This document shows positions 63,721-64,000 of a stretch of 64,000 bases of DNA, piece after piece. The number at the start of each line of letters is the position of its first letter. Position 1 is the first letter of the stretch. The notes beneath the pieces were generated by a model. The model had not been told where the DNA came from and made no database searches. It saw only the letters and a list, made by a program, of their open reading frames with translations. The stretch is from a virus: IMG/VR virus record IMGVR_UViG_3300021963_000041, positions 32,001 through 96,000 of that record; one strand, written 5' to 3'. A program made the position numbers and the translations under genes.

Positions 63721-64000
63721 TATTTCTTTTTAAAGAAGTTTTTTACGTTTTCTGATATATCGTCAAAATTCACAAGAACATCTACACCATCTGGTTGAGT
63801 TGTTACCAACACACCTTTTTTGTCAATACTTTTGACAGTACCTTTATCGCTAACAAAGTTAGCATTGTTGTATTTTTTTACTGCGCTAAGATTAAAACTA
63901 ATCGGAATACCTGCTGGCTTTTCTGGAGTTGCGTCTTTCTTCTCTTCTTCACCCGCTTTCTCAGCAGCTTCTGGTCCACCCTTTGCAGCAGCGGCAAAAG
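63720..64000 (-). CDS. hypothetical protein (3' part, start outside window)
   Basis: Open frame ...GIPISFNLSAVKKY...VKNFFKKK*, stop overlaps next ATG. Confidence 0.6.
   Translation of the reverse strand, partial: FAAAAKGGPEAAEKAGEEEKKDATPEKPAGIPISFNLSAVKKYNNANFVSDKGTVKSIDKKGVLVTTQPDGVDVLVNFDDISENVKNFFKKK

Overview
This 64 kb window is part of a large, probably lytic, T4-like contractile-tailed (myovirus-type) phage genome. Essentially all genes are on the minus strand, use the standard code, and often overlap as TAATG/ATGA. The right half is a virion module: scaffold, gp23-like major capsid, PhoH, neck/tail-completion proteins, cadherin-like, collagen-like and chaperone-bearing fibres, sheath, tube, tail chaperone, tape measure and baseplate. 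The left half carries replication and metabolism genes: two family-A DNA polymerases, gp32-like SSB, RecA/UvsX, 5'-3' exonuclease, helicase, class II RNR, dUTPase, ferritin, GroEL/GroES/Hsp20, a Cas4-like nuclease, an M15 peptidase and two GT4 glycosyltransferases. It also holds a 7-deazaguanine DNA-modification cluster (folE, queD, queE, a DpdL-like QueD paralogue and a TGT-like DpdA) interleaved with a nucleotide kinase and a second dUTPase-fold enzyme. Promoters of the form TTG-N19/20-TAnnTT and a near absence of Shine-Dalgarno sites suggest a Bacteroidota host (inference). Other notable signals are a likely +1/-2 frameshift in the tail chaperone, a late-promoter motif TATTTAT(A/T), structured 5' leaders, and a recurring [S/T]-[G/A]-S motif in virion proteins. 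All product calls come from motif recognition by eye; no database searches were run.
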